Source: Candidatus Hodarchaeota archaeon (GTDB taxonomy: Archaea; Asgardarchaeota; Heimdallarchaeia; Hodarchaeales; Hodarchaeaceae). Taken from it: 64,000 nucleotides of DNA. Shown piece after piece: positions 1-9,888 of this stretch. The stretch's first letter is position 1; the number at the start of each line of letters is the position of its first letter. The stretch spans positions 1 through 64,000 of the forward strand of contig JAEOTM010000060.1 of assembly GCA_016839815.1 (NCBI GenBank), read 5' to 3'. A program made the position numbers and the translations under genes. Below the pieces are notes generated by a model, which saw only the letters and a list, made by a program, of their open reading frames with translations, did not search any database and had not been told where the DNA came from.

Positions 1-1
1 T

Positions 2-94
2 ATGGAAATTGCCAAATACGCAGTTGAGATTGCCCGTCACTCTGGACGAAAGACTGTTAAAGAATCAGACATTAAATTAGCCGCTACCAAATAA
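2..94 (+). CDS. Archaeal histone (HMf family), C-terminal part; 5' end outside window
   Basis: Not in ORF track. Frame 2 reads MEIAKYAVEIARHSGRKTVKESDIKLAATK*, which has the histone-fold signature A.HAGRKTVK..DI.LA. Confidence 0.93.
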   Translation: MEIAKYAVEIARHSGRKTVKESDIKLAATK

Positions 95-99
95 GCAGC

Positions 100-185
100 T
101 TAATGTCCTTTATTCTTTTACTCTCTCGCTCTCTTTCTTTTTTTTTCCCAATTTGATACTACATTTTTCCTCTTTTATTTTGTCA
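100..185 (+). terminator. Pyrimidine/oligo-T tract, probable histone terminator
   Basis: Long T/C-rich run, including T runs, directly after the histone stop codon. Confidence 0.5.
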
Positions 186-399
186 CTCAAAGATTAAACT
201 TAGCTAATATTCTGTTGTAAGAAAAGGATCTTCTTAGAGAAATTTATTGCCCCAAAACTAGTCTATTTAATTACTGCAAAGTAAACATATTTTTGACTCT
301 ATTAGACATTAGAATAGAATATTATGATTATGTCAATTTTCGAAAAAGAAAACTGACTGATATGGACAGTTCCAAATTTATCATGCAGTTCGGAACTAT

Positions 400-2472
400 T
401 TGGCGGTGTTTACCTCGACTGATGCTAATGAGAACAAAGAAGCTTGTGACAATGAATCAGAGAAGAAAAAAAAGGCCCGTCAAAAGAGAAAAACGAGAAC
501 AAAACAACCTCTTGAAGCAAACCTAGTAAAAATTACCGATGGAATTATGAAAGGGGATCCTAATGCTAAAGAAGAATTAAAACATCATATTAAAATGTTA
601 AAAACTGCAATTAACAATAGTAATAATACTGGTTCAGTCTCTGTAGATATTAAGATGAAAGATATAGAAAAAAGCATATCTAAACTGGTTCTAAAAACTG
701 AAGGAACCGAGGAGCTTATTCTTCAGATTGGAAAAATTTTTGAGGGTACCAATTGGTTAGCTGAATTAAAGACCAGTATTCCAGAAGAACTATCTCCTCT
801 TATTAATGAACTATCCTCCCAAGATTTTCTGCCTGATAGGGCACTGAAGACTACAGAAGCAAGTCTTATCAAACAACAGAATACCCTTCACGATCTTAAG
901 GAAAAATTGACGGTTCAAACTGCACAACTACAAGAATCTTTAAAAGCAGAACAGTTAAAAACAATTGTTCTTGCCTTAAAAAACGCTGGATCATCTGCAA
1001 TTAAGGAAAAATCCTTTGATAAAGCAATAACCATTTTAGATGATACAAATAAAAAAATATTACCCTTGGTTACAAGTACGAAGGAATTATCAGAAGAAGA
1101 GCTCTCAAACCTATCTAAATCTATCTTGATTGAATTAGAAACCGCCCTTGTTGAGAAAGGTAAAATCAATGAAGCTATCAAAGTGATTGATTCTCAATTC
1201 AAGGCACCTATTTATAGGAGTGAAGAATACCGGAAATCTCAGTTAAAGAAGAGTCACCTTTTAGTTCAGTCAGGGGAATTTAAAGAAGCTGTGAATCTAC
1301 TTAAAAGCTTATTAGATTATTGTTGCGAGGATGAAATCAATTATCTTACGTCTGCAGAGATAAAACGGGCACTTGGGGTTGCATATCGAGGTCAGGGATC
1401 TTATGAAATGGCTTTGAAATACTTTCATGAATCTCAAAAGGAATTCTTAAGAGTTAAAACCATAAATCCCAATGATTCCCGGAGTAATGATGGCTATCAT
1501 AATGCGATTTGGAGTGAAGGGATTCTTCACTATTTAAGAGGTGAATGGGAAGAGGCCTTATCGATCTGGACCGAATTAGAGGAGTATTACAAGAACAGAA
1601 AACCCAAGATTCTATTTAAACTCTATTTTGAGTACATGAGGACATTTAAACTTTCAGGAAAATTCAAAAAAGCCAAGAAAATGCTGGATAAAGCCCTAGC
1701 TCTTATTTCTAGTATTTCTGAAGCCAAAATCGAGGATGTAAAGGCATATGTTTATTTGGGTTATGCAGAACTGTATTTTTTGCAGAACAATATTGAAGAA
1801 GCTGTTAAATCAATTGATACCGTAAGATCGTTAATTAAAAGCGATGACAACACTTTTTGTGAGCTTGACATCCTGGAAGTGGAAACAGAAATATTATGCA
1901 CCGAAGATAAATCTGTAGAAGCACGCAAAAATTTGGAAGTTATACGTCAAAAATGCAAATCTAACTGGGATCGTGTCAAATTTTTTAGAATTCTAGCTAG
2001 GATAGAAAAGTATGAAATGAATTACGGGGCTGCACAGACTGCAATGAAAACTGCTATTGATATTACTAGGGAAATTGGAGCGATATCTTATTCTGACGAA
2101 TTAGCTCTTACTGAACTACTAATTGAAATGTCTAGGATTGGTAACATCAAGGCTTACATGGAAGCAAAGGAACGATTAGAACAGATAGACCATGAAATGG
2201 CTGAAAAGAATCTACCAGTTCTTCAACTAGAAAGTAAGCTTCAACATGGATACTTAGCATGGAGTCAATCAGATTTCGAGAAAGCTTATACAATCTTTGT
2301 TGAAATTATTCAAGAAGCCGAGAATCACAGATTGTTCCGACAAAAATCCAAAGCAATTGATGCGTTAAACACTATTGAAAATCAGGAAAAGCTTTTGAGT
2401 TCCACAACTAAGAGTAAAGCTGTTTATCGATATCTCGATGATGCAAGAAGAATTCTGAAAGAATCCTCCTAA
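400..2472 (+). CDS. Large TPR-repeat protein with N-terminal coiled coil
   Basis: TPR-like units ALGVAYRGQGSYEMALKYF, GILHYLRGEWEEAL and GYLAWSQSDFEKAY; basic/helical N-terminus; TTG start uncertain. Confidence 0.8.
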   Translation: MAVFTSTDANENKEACDNESEKKKKARQKRKTRTKQPLEANLVKITDGIMKGDPNAKEELKHHIKMLKTAINNSNNTGSVSVDIKMKDIEKSISKLVLKTEGTEELILQIGKIFEGTNWLAELKTSIPEELSPLINELSSQDFLPDRALKTTEASLIKQQNTLHDLKEKLTVQTAQLQESLKAEQLKTIVLALKNAGSSAIKEKSFDKAITILDDTNKKILPLVTSTKELSEEELSNLSKSILIELETALVEKGKINEAIKVIDSQFKAPIYRSEEYRKSQLKKSHLLVQSGEFKEAVNLLKSLLDYCCEDEINYLTSAEIKRALGVAYRGQGSYEMALKYFHESQKEFLRVKTINPNDSRSNDGYHNAIWSEGILHYLRGEWEEALSIWTELEEYYKNRKPKILFKLYFEYMRTFKLSGKFKKAKKMLDKALALISSISEAKIEDVKAYVYLGYAELYFLQNNIEEAVKSIDTVRSLIKSDDNTFCELDILEVETEILCTEDKSVEARKNLEVIRQKCKSNWDRVKFFRILARIEKYEMNYGAAQTAMKTAIDITREIGAISYSDELALTELLIEMSRIGNIKAYMEAKERLEQIDHEMAEKNLPVLQLESKLQHGYLAWSQSDFEKAYTIFVEIIQEAENHRLFRQKSKAIDALNTIENQEKLLSSTTKSKAVYRYLDDARRILKESS

Positions 2473-2488
2473 TTCTTCCTGAATTAAA

Positions 2489-3238
2489 TTATTGCTTTGA
2501 TTTTCCTTGGTTTGCTACTTTCTGCATTGCTTTGGCGACCACGTCAGGATCACCAAGATAATAACTTTTTATCGGAGATAGATTTTCATCTAGTTCATAT
2601 ACTAGAGGAATACCCGTAGGGATATTTAGTTTCAATATTTCCTCATTAGGAACGTCGTTAAGATATTTCACAAGAGCTCTCAAACTATTCCCATGGGCTG
2701 CAATAAGAACTCGTTTTCCACATTTTATAGTGGGGACAATTACATCGTGCCAGTAGGGAAGTACACGAGCGACTGTATCTTTTAAACATTCAGCCTTGGG
2801 AAGCTCCTCTTCTGTCAGATCAGTATATCTAGGGTCTTTTCCAGGGTACCGTTCATCTGATAGTTCTAATTCGGGAGGTCGAATATCATAGCTGCGTCTC
2901 CAAATCAGAACCTGTTTGTCACCATGTCTTTCAGCCGTCTCTGCCTTATTCAACCCTTGTAAAGCCCCATAATGACGTTCATTTAACCTCCATGAACGAT
3001 AAACTGGAATCCACATGAGATCCATTTCATCTAAGGCTAACCATAATGTACGAATGGCTCGTTTTAGAACACTCGTATAAGCGATATCGAAAGAATATCC
3101 TTCATCTCTTAAAACTTGACCTGATGAACTGGCTTCTTTAATACCCTTTTCTGACAGATCTACATCAGTCCAACCTGTAAATTTGTTAATTTTATTCCAG
3201 ATTGACTCACCATGACGTAAAAATACTACTTTATACAA
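2489..3238 (-). CDS. gpmA: 2,3-bisphosphoglycerate-dependent phosphoglycerate mutase
   Basis: [39 protein letters not shown]; AGGTGA RBS upstream. Confidence 0.97.
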   Translation of the reverse strand: MYKVVFLRHGESIWNKINKFTGWTDVDLSEKGIKEASSSGQVLRDEGYSFDIAYTSVLKRAIRTLWLALDEMDLMWIPVYRSWRLNERHYGALQGLNKAETAERHGDKQVLIWRRSYDIRPPELELSDERYPGKDPRYTDLTEEELPKAECLKDTVARVLPYWHDVIVPTIKCGKRVLIAAHGNSLRALVKYLNDVPNEEILKLNIPTGIPLVYELDENLSPIKSYYLGDPDVVAKAMQKVANQGKSKQ

Positions 3239-3349
3239 ATAATATCACCTTGATAACTAGTATAGGTTCTAGATTGCAAACAATTATTGAAAATTGATCT
3301 CTTGAAAAGAATTCTAAATTATTTTTAATTCTATGAGATTGTTATCTAA

Positions 3350-3805
3350 TTACTTTTGTTTGATTATTGAATAATGAATTTTATTATCTGGACGAGTTGT
3401 TTTTTTAACAAGTCCAATGTTGGTTAGTTTGTTCAAATACACTTTTTCTGTATTTTTTCTCCTGCGTGTAATCCGAGATACTTGACCTGCTGAAACTGGA
3501 GTATTAAATCGTTTCAAAGTGAAATATGTTTTTCTAAGTAGTCTTGGGACGATGGATGTCTCCTCTATCCTCTTTTTAAGCTCTTTATGAACTGTTTGTG
3601 ACATTTGTACATATTTATCCGAATTTAACATCAAGTCTATGGCATCTTTAACTGTAAGAGCAGACGAGTCCTTTTTCCAGTGTCTTTTGATTTCTTCTAT
3701 AAGCATTGCATGAGGAACATTACTATTTTTGAGAACTTCTGTTGCCCCTGGAGTTATCTGAATTTTTAGTTGTTCGAGCTCGGATAATAAATCTGGTTTT
3801 GACAT
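3350..3805 (-). CDS. Winged-HTH domain protein
   Basis: C-terminal PVSAGQVSRITRRRKNTEKVYLNKLTNIGLVKK fits a wHTH. Confidence 0.65.
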   Translation of the reverse strand: MSKPDLLSELEQLKIQITPGATEVLKNSNVPHAMLIEEIKRHWKKDSSALTVKDAIDLMLNSDKYVQMSQTVHKELKKRIEETSIVPRLLRKTYFTLKRFNTPVSAGQVSRITRRRKNTEKVYLNKLTNIGLVKKTTRPDNKIHYSIIKQK

Positions 3806-3944
3806 ATGGACACTCCAGTCTTTGTTTACAATTGTAATTGGAATTATAGTCTACTGGAACTATGATTTAATAATCCCTTAAACTATCTACCCTTATCTGT
3901 TTAAAAAGAGTTTTTAGATTTTTTACTTATAAGAGTGGAAATTT

Positions 3945-4949
3945 TTAGTTCTTGTGATTACTTCCTAATCGTTTTTCTCCTTCGATCTCGCGTAAATGAG
4001 TAATATCTTGGATTCTTTCTAAAGTACCTAAATATTTGCCTTCCTGATCACGGATAGCATGATATTGAAAATAAATAGTGCGTTCTTGTTTAGTAATCCA
4101 AAATTCTTCATCATCTCGTTTGTTTGTTTTGAAATCCTGCAATATTCGGTTAACGTAACTATAACTTTTCGGAGGGTGGCAATGATAAACGTCACGACCT
4201 AAATTAGCTAATGTTCTTCGGAAAATAGGAACTTTTGTTGGTGAAAAATAGATTAATTTATCATCAGCGTCAATGAACGATAATTGGATAGGCAAAAGTT
4301 GCATAATTCTCTCAAATAATTTATATGGAACCCGGCCTGTGGAGAAAGTGATGAAGTGATTATCTTGATCATTTTTGTGGTTGGATTTTGTAAAGGAATC
4401 GAGTATTGAGCGATCAGGGACAATAATACAATATCCAAAACCGTCACTTAATGATGCAATATGAAACCAATCGTTCTCTGATAGATTATCAAGCGCAATC
4501 GGAAAGATTTCCTCTTCTTCCTTTTTAATAATCCAAGGAATACCCTGTAAAATAGGTTTTATAGAATTTTCGATTGTTTGGGGAAATATTAGGTGAGCTG
4601 AAAGAAGATCTTCGATTTTCAATAGCCGTTCTCGGATATCATCAATATTTTTACGAACTAAAATGAGGTGCTTATGCAGTCCTTTCTCCAGTAGGATTGG
4701 ATATAACAAACTTTCTTGTCGCAAGTAATGCTTCTTTATGTCCATCAAAAGGTTATATTTAGCTCTTAGTTCAAGTTTTAATGCTTCATCTTGTTCTTCC
4801 CTAATTTGCTTTAACAAAAATTTAAATTGTCCTAGTAAGGTTTCTATAGCACGATTTTCTTGCATAAAGATCTGTAAAGGATGTCCAGAAGGAAGTTTTG
4901 TGAGTTTAGATGAGGATTGCATGTCACTGGAGGGCTTAGTGTTTTTCAA
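3945..4949 (-). CDS. Hemerythrin-like + PAS domain protein (DUF438-type)
   Basis: GHPLQIFMQEN, HYLRQESLLYP, KEEEEIFP; PAS part LPIQLSFIDADD...GRDVYHCHPPKS...GKYLGTLE. Confidence 0.85.
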   Translation of the reverse strand: MKNTKPSSDMQSSSKLTKLPSGHPLQIFMQENRAIETLLGQFKFLLKQIREEQDEALKLELRAKYNLLMDIKKHYLRQESLLYPILLEKGLHKHLILVRKNIDDIRERLLKIEDLLSAHLIFPQTIENSIKPILQGIPWIIKKEEEEIFPIALDNLSENDWFHIASLSDGFGYCIIVPDRSILDSFTKSNHKNDQDNHFITFSTGRVPYKLFERIMQLLPIQLSFIDADDKLIYFSPTKVPIFRRTLANLGRDVYHCHPPKSYSYVNRILQDFKTNKRDDEEFWITKQERTIYFQYHAIRDQEGKYLGTLERIQDITHLREIEGEKRLGSNHKN

Positions 4950-5180
4950 TATTAGTCGTTCCTCATGCGTCCCCCAATTTAATATTCAAACTATTTAATA
5001 GCAAATTTCCTTAAGTAGGTCGCTCTGAAAAACGAATTTTTGAATACCAACTCCAATTGGATAAAATTCAATGTATTTCATTCTTAATTCTACAAGTATG
5101 TTTTGGTAAGAGTATTTTTTATCTTTAAGTGCTTAATTCTGTATTGCTCTTCAAATTCCTTTTAAATCGGATAAAAATCG

Positions 5181-5708
5181 ATGATACCATTTAGAGAATA
5201 TAAAAAAGATTGTATGTTCAAGAATGGCAATCTATGTGCATACTGGGAGCAATCTACAGAATGTCACATTCTTTCATGCCCCTTTTATTCAAATCAAACA
5301 TCTACAAGAACAAGGACTTCCCTTCAAAGGCGAAAGCAAGATTCAGTCACCTTTTCACCTGATGATTTGGACAAAACTGGAAATTCAGTTAAAGATATTA
5401 TTGATAAGTCAAGAGAATCCCTAGAAGACAAGGTTGGGAAGGAGAAAGATAGATCTGTAAGATCAAGTGTGACAGAGAAACCCGTGACCCGTTTAACATG
5501 TCTAGCCTGTGGTGAACAAATTTTTGATGATAAATTTACAACGATTCGTGATCCGCATGGTGTTGTAATTTACCTTCATTCAAAGGGGAAATGTGAAGTT
5601 AGACATGAACATATGCCAATTGTACGAAAACGTTGGTTAAAAATGCACAATTATGCAGAGAAGGTATCAGAGTCGGAAAAAACAGAAGCCAATGAAGTGG
5701 ACAATTGA
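5181..5708 (+). CDS. Hypothetical protein with two Cys/His metal-binding clusters
   Basis: C-x7-C-x8-C-x4-C at the N-terminus; C-x2-C-x22-H-x4-C near the C-terminus. Confidence 0.6.
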   Translation: MIPFREYKKDCMFKNGNLCAYWEQSTECHILSCPFYSNQTSTRTRTSLQRRKQDSVTFSPDDLDKTGNSVKDIIDKSRESLEDKVGKEKDRSVRSSVTEKPVTRLTCLACGEQIFDDKFTTIRDPHGVVIYLHSKGKCEVRHEHMPIVRKRWLKMHNYAEKVSESEKTEANEVDN

Positions 5709-5759
5709 GAACCATGGTGGAATGGAAGAGAATTCACCAAATAATTATTGGGATAATTA

Positions 5760-7376
5760 ATGGCAGTTAAATTTTGGAGACGTCCTTCCGCAGGAAGGTC
5801 AGCTGTGCATGCAAAAAATGGGTTAGTGGCCTCATCTCAACCACTGGCCTCTTCAGCAGGAATTCACATCCTCAAAGAGGGGGGAAATGCATGTGACGCA
5901 ATAATTGCAATGGCCGCTGTTTTGAATGTAGCGGAACCATTTTCAACGGGAATTGGAGGAGATGCGTTCGCACTGCTTCATATACCAGGAGAAAAATCAC
6001 CAGTAGGGATAAACGGTTCAGGATTATCACCCCGAAAGTTAACATTTGATTTTTTGGTCTATGAGGAAAATCTTACAGAAATCCCGATAACTGGTATATT
6101 ACCTGTGACTATACCTGGTGCAGTTTCTGCTTGGGGACAAATTCATGAAAGATATGGTCTCTTATCTTGGGATCAGGTACTTGAATCAGCAATTAATTAT
6201 GCAACCAATGGATATCCTGTAAGTCCTTTAATTGCTCAAGTATGGAACGAATTAGTTCCTAAACTTAAATTACATGAGGGGGCAAGACAAACATATCTGA
6301 TTGATGAAGAAAGAGCTCCACTCCCAGGAGAACTTTTCATTCAAGAAGCATTAGGGAAAACATTTTCTAAGCTAGCAAAATATGGGTATAACGAATTTTA
6401 TAAAGGTGGACTAGCAGATCAGACCATAGAATTTTTACAAAAAGAGGGAAGTGTAATTGATTCTCTTGATTTGGCTAATTTTTCAGCAGAATGGACAAAA
6501 CCAGTTTCTAAGCTTATATATGATCATCGGTTGTGGGAACATGGACCTAATGGACAGGGTTTAGTCACTTTACAAATTCTCGCAATTGCAGAAGAATTGG
6601 ACATTGCACGTTATCCCCTTAACTCCGCAGAGTATCTACACATTCTAATTGAAGCAAAAAAATTGGCGTTTTCCGATGCTTTTGCATATTTAGCTGATCC
6701 GATTGATATGAAGGTAGATGTAGCCGATTTTCTAACTGATAATTACGCACAAACCAGAGCCAGTCAAATCAATCCACATAGAGCTCTTATGGAAATACCT
6801 CCCGCATTAAATATGGGAGAAGATACTGTATATTTAACTGCAATTGATAAAGATGGTTTAGCGATCTCATTTATTAATTCTCTGTATTATGGATTTGGAT
6901 CTGGAGTAGTAGATCCGATAACGGGAATAGCATTTCAAAATCGTGGGGCAGGATTCACTTTAGAAAAAGGACATCCTAATCAGTATAAACCAAAAAAACG
7001 CCCGTATCATACCATAATTCCAGCAATGATCACTTCAAATTCTTCAGATAAGCTTTTACATTCATTTGGAGTCATGGGAGGCCATCACCAACCCATTGGA
7101 CAATCACAGGTATTTCTTAACCTCGTTCTTCAGGGGATGGATCCCCAAGATGCAATCAGTACTCCTCGTTTTCATCATGATCAGAATAGCAACATTGTTG
7201 CTTTTGAAGAACCAATTGACATTAAAGTAAAAAGTCAATTACGTCGAATAGGGCACAATGTGCGTGATTCGGTGGGATTTAACTTCGGAGGAGGTCAAAT
7301 AATCTCCATTTCTGAGAATAGAACTTATTCTGGAGGTTCAGATCCACGAAAAGATGGACAAGCTCAAGGATTCTAA
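5760..7376 (+). CDS. ggt: Gamma-glutamyltransferase
   Basis: GGNACDA, TGIGGDAF, PNGQG, catalytic DTVYLT, FQNRGAGF, GVMGG, SDPRKDG. Confidence 0.96.
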   Translation: MAVKFWRRPSAGRSAVHAKNGLVASSQPLASSAGIHILKEGGNACDAIIAMAAVLNVAEPFSTGIGGDAFALLHIPGEKSPVGINGSGLSPRKLTFDFLVYEENLTEIPITGILPVTIPGAVSAWGQIHERYGLLSWDQVLESAINYATNGYPVSPLIAQVWNELVPKLKLHEGARQTYLIDEERAPLPGELFIQEALGKTFSKLAKYGYNEFYKGGLADQTIEFLQKEGSVIDSLDLANFSAEWTKPVSKLIYDHRLWEHGPNGQGLVTLQILAIAEELDIARYPLNSAEYLHILIEAKKLAFSDAFAYLADPIDMKVDVADFLTDNYAQTRASQINPHRALMEIPPALNMGEDTVYLTAIDKDGLAISFINSLYYGFGSGVVDPITGIAFQNRGAGFTLEKGHPNQYKPKKRPYHTIIPAMITSNSSDKLLHSFGVMGGHHQPIGQSQVFLNLVLQGMDPQDAISTPRFHHDQNSNIVAFEEPIDIKVKSQLRRIGHNVRDSVGFNFGGGQIISISENRTYSGGSDPRKDGQAQGF

Positions 7377-7442
7377 TCATAGATATCCAACTCTCAGTTT
7401 TCCTTAATTGAAAGAAATGGAGAATGACCAACACTTAAATGA

Positions 7443-7511
7443 GAGAAATCCTCATCGATGACCACGCAATAAATACTGAGTTTTGAAGGGGTAGATTCAT
7501 TCTGACTTCTC
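7443..7511 (+). ncRNA. Candidate C/D box sRNA
   Basis: Box C-like TCGATGA 7455-7461, 14-nt guide, D' CTGA 7476-7479, C'-like TTGAAGG 7483-7489, 12-nt guide, D CTGA 7502-7505; flanks GAGAA/TTCTC can pair; intergenic. Confidence 0.45.
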
Positions 7512-7539
7512 AAATCTCTTCATTGGAGATTGGAATCAA

Positions 7540-8754
7540 ATGGATAACAATAAAATAAAGAATTTATTACAAGAAGCTGATTCTCATACTTACTCATGGA
7601 CAACTGACGATCTAACCTCTAGATTAGCAAAAGAAGTTATGAAGATTGGCTTGGTAAAAATACTTAGTTTCTATCAAGCGAATGGGCACGATCCAAATAA
7701 CGTTTTGATCGTTTTTGGACCAGATGGGAGTATTACCAGGAATAAATCGAGGTTCGATGCAGGTGTCGGTTACGGTTGTGCTGTAATCACAAAGGATTTC
7801 CTTTTTCCTAGTCTTCTTCATCCTAATGGTTGTGGTTTTGGTCTTTACCATGTACAAAACATGCCATCCGTTCCTCAGTTAATGGATCGGTTACAAGTCT
7901 TAAAAAGGGATGGTGTTCCTGTCGGGAGTCAAACAGGTAGATGGGATGTCTGGAAATCCAATCATTTCATTGATTTGCTTCGATTAGAATCTTTAACCCC
8001 ACATTATTCTGATTATCAGAAATACCTTCCAGAAGGAGATTACGTTCTTATTCACTCTTCACAGCAAACAGAGAAACAAATGTTGAGTTATTGGAAGGAG
8101 AAAGAATTTGAAAGAACGGAAACACCGTTTGGTAAGATTGAGGGTTTACCCAGAAAATCGGGACAAGAATATTTGAAATATTTTAATTCAGTTGAAGAAT
8201 ATTCTAAAAATAAGCGTACATCAATTGCAAAAATCCTCTTTGGAGAAGATAATATAACTTGTATTTCTAATCCTACTCATCAGGGTTACTATCAGGAAAA
8301 TGATTTTTTCATAATGAGATTAGGCTTGTATAACTCTTTGGACGCAACTGGCGACAATTCTCTTCCTCTTTTTCCAATCGGGTTTAATGGATACTCATTC
8401 ATTTATTTATATGAGGGTAAGCCTAATATCAAAGAAGAATTTTGGACAGGTACCCAATTAAGACAATCTGAAGAGAAGGGCCATTCTCCGATCTTGAAAC
8501 GTATCAATATTCTCCCGCATGGCGGAGGTTATAAACTCTTTTATCCATTTATTGATGTTCGAACCCTTCTTCATAAAAATGAATACTATTTTGAGCTTTT
8601 CGATGCTCCAATGCAAAGTCGCCTCTTAATTCAGAATGTCGAGGCCTTAGAGTATGGTTATCGGGGTCCATCAGAAATCTTACCAATTGTTGAAAAACAC
8701 GAATTGGGGGCTAGAGTCGCGCGATTCACTCCAGTTCAAGTTATCAAATACTAA
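7540..8754 (+). CDS. Divergent RtcB-family protein
   Basis: Collinear RtcB motif equivalents GPDG, PNGCG, SNHFID, LIHSS, THQG, PHGGG, GYR and C-terminal PVQVIKY. Confidence 0.75.
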   Translation: MDNNKIKNLLQEADSHTYSWTTDDLTSRLAKEVMKIGLVKILSFYQANGHDPNNVLIVFGPDGSITRNKSRFDAGVGYGCAVITKDFLFPSLLHPNGCGFGLYHVQNMPSVPQLMDRLQVLKRDGVPVGSQTGRWDVWKSNHFIDLLRLESLTPHYSDYQKYLPEGDYVLIHSSQQTEKQMLSYWKEKEFERTETPFGKIEGLPRKSGQEYLKYFNSVEEYSKNKRTSIAKILFGEDNITCISNPTHQGYYQENDFFIMRLGLYNSLDATGDNSLPLFPIGFNGYSFIYLYEGKPNIKEEFWTGTQLRQSEEKGHSPILKRINILPHGGGYKLFYPFIDVRTLLHKNEYYFELFDAPMQSRLLIQNVEALEYGYRGPSEILPIVEKHELGARVARFTPVQVIKY

Positions 8755-8959
8755 GATTCTTCCCTATTCTAACAGTAGACAATTAATTTTGCTAATAAAA
8801 ATTCGTTAAATAACTATTATCAAATTTATGTTTACTAGAGGTAATTTCAATACTTTGGTCTTACAAGAATAAATAAAATTAAGCTTTAACTCATTTTTCA
8901 AAAGTATTATCTGAATATGTGGTAAGTCTTTTTAATACTCGAACCTGTACCAATCCAAC

Positions 8960-9871
8960 ATGAAAGATCATCGTGCTAAAACAGGATTTAAAACTCAAGA
9001 TACGGATTTAGCTGATGATTTTTCATTTCCTGGGCGTAAATCTCTGTTAGAAGGATTAGAATTACAATTGGGGGTTACTGGAGATGTTTGGATTCATCAT
9101 GCCTATTCTGTTCCGTCTAAGGATCCTTTACAAATCGATGAGAAATATGAAATCCAATATCAAGATAAGATTATTGTACCCTCCATACTTCATACACTGA
9201 TTGACAAAGTTGGAGGAAAACGAACAACAAGTCTTACAGCGATTTGTGGGATGAAAAGTCCAGAATTGATTTTTCTACATGATCCTGCGACGATGAATTT
9301 ATCAGTCGTTTTTCAGGAAAAACTCTGGGTCACCGAGGTGTTATTGAAACAGGCCAATTTCTTGTACCCCACACCCGCGACTCGTGAACATGCCCTAACA
9401 AATCTAGAAAAATCTAAAGTTGAAGTTATTCATTCTGATATTTCCATAGAATTAAATGGACACCGAACAGAAAGAGGAATTGAACAAGATGAAGTCTTAA
9501 TTCCTTTAGATTCAAATTATCGTCCCGTCATGGGAGGAAAAGATCCCGCATCCAAGTTTAAAAGTCCATTTCCAAGATTAGTCGATGCTGGAGAACTTGT
9601 ACTAATGATATCGGATGCTATCTCTTCTTCTGCGAAAATGTACCTTGGTACTGTGAATGTGCGTCTAAATGAGGATCAAGCAGCATTGGAGTATCCATAT
9701 GAAGCGTACATTGCAGGCATTAAACTTTATCGAAAATTTATAGATGTAGTTGAGGTGCATTCTCCATCACAATTAGAGAAGGCCGAATTACAGAAAATTT
9801 ACTTCCGTATCTTTAGAACTGAAATTCCAAGACCTCTCAGGCTTTTAGTGAATCTGCTTCATATTCGATAA
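8960..9871 (+). CDS. Hypothetical protein
   Basis: 303-aa ORF with ATG start; no motif recognised. Confidence 0.7.
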   Translation: MKDHRAKTGFKTQDTDLADDFSFPGRKSLLEGLELQLGVTGDVWIHHAYSVPSKDPLQIDEKYEIQYQDKIIVPSILHTLIDKVGGKRTTSLTAICGMKSPELIFLHDPATMNLSVVFQEKLWVTEVLLKQANFLYPTPATREHALTNLEKSKVEVIHSDISIELNGHRTERGIEQDEVLIPLDSNYRPVMGGKDPASKFKSPFPRLVDAGELVLMISDAISSSAKMYLGTVNVRLNEDQAALEYPYEAYIAGIKLYRKFIDVVEVHSPSQLEKAELQKIYFRIFRTEIPRPLRLLVNLLHIR

Positions 9872-9888
9872 AAGTGACTTGAAAATAC

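Noticed and set aside
3350-3805. N-terminus faintly resembling the PolD DP1 N-terminal helical domain
   Set aside because: Similarity is limited to a few residues and cannot be supported without a profile search
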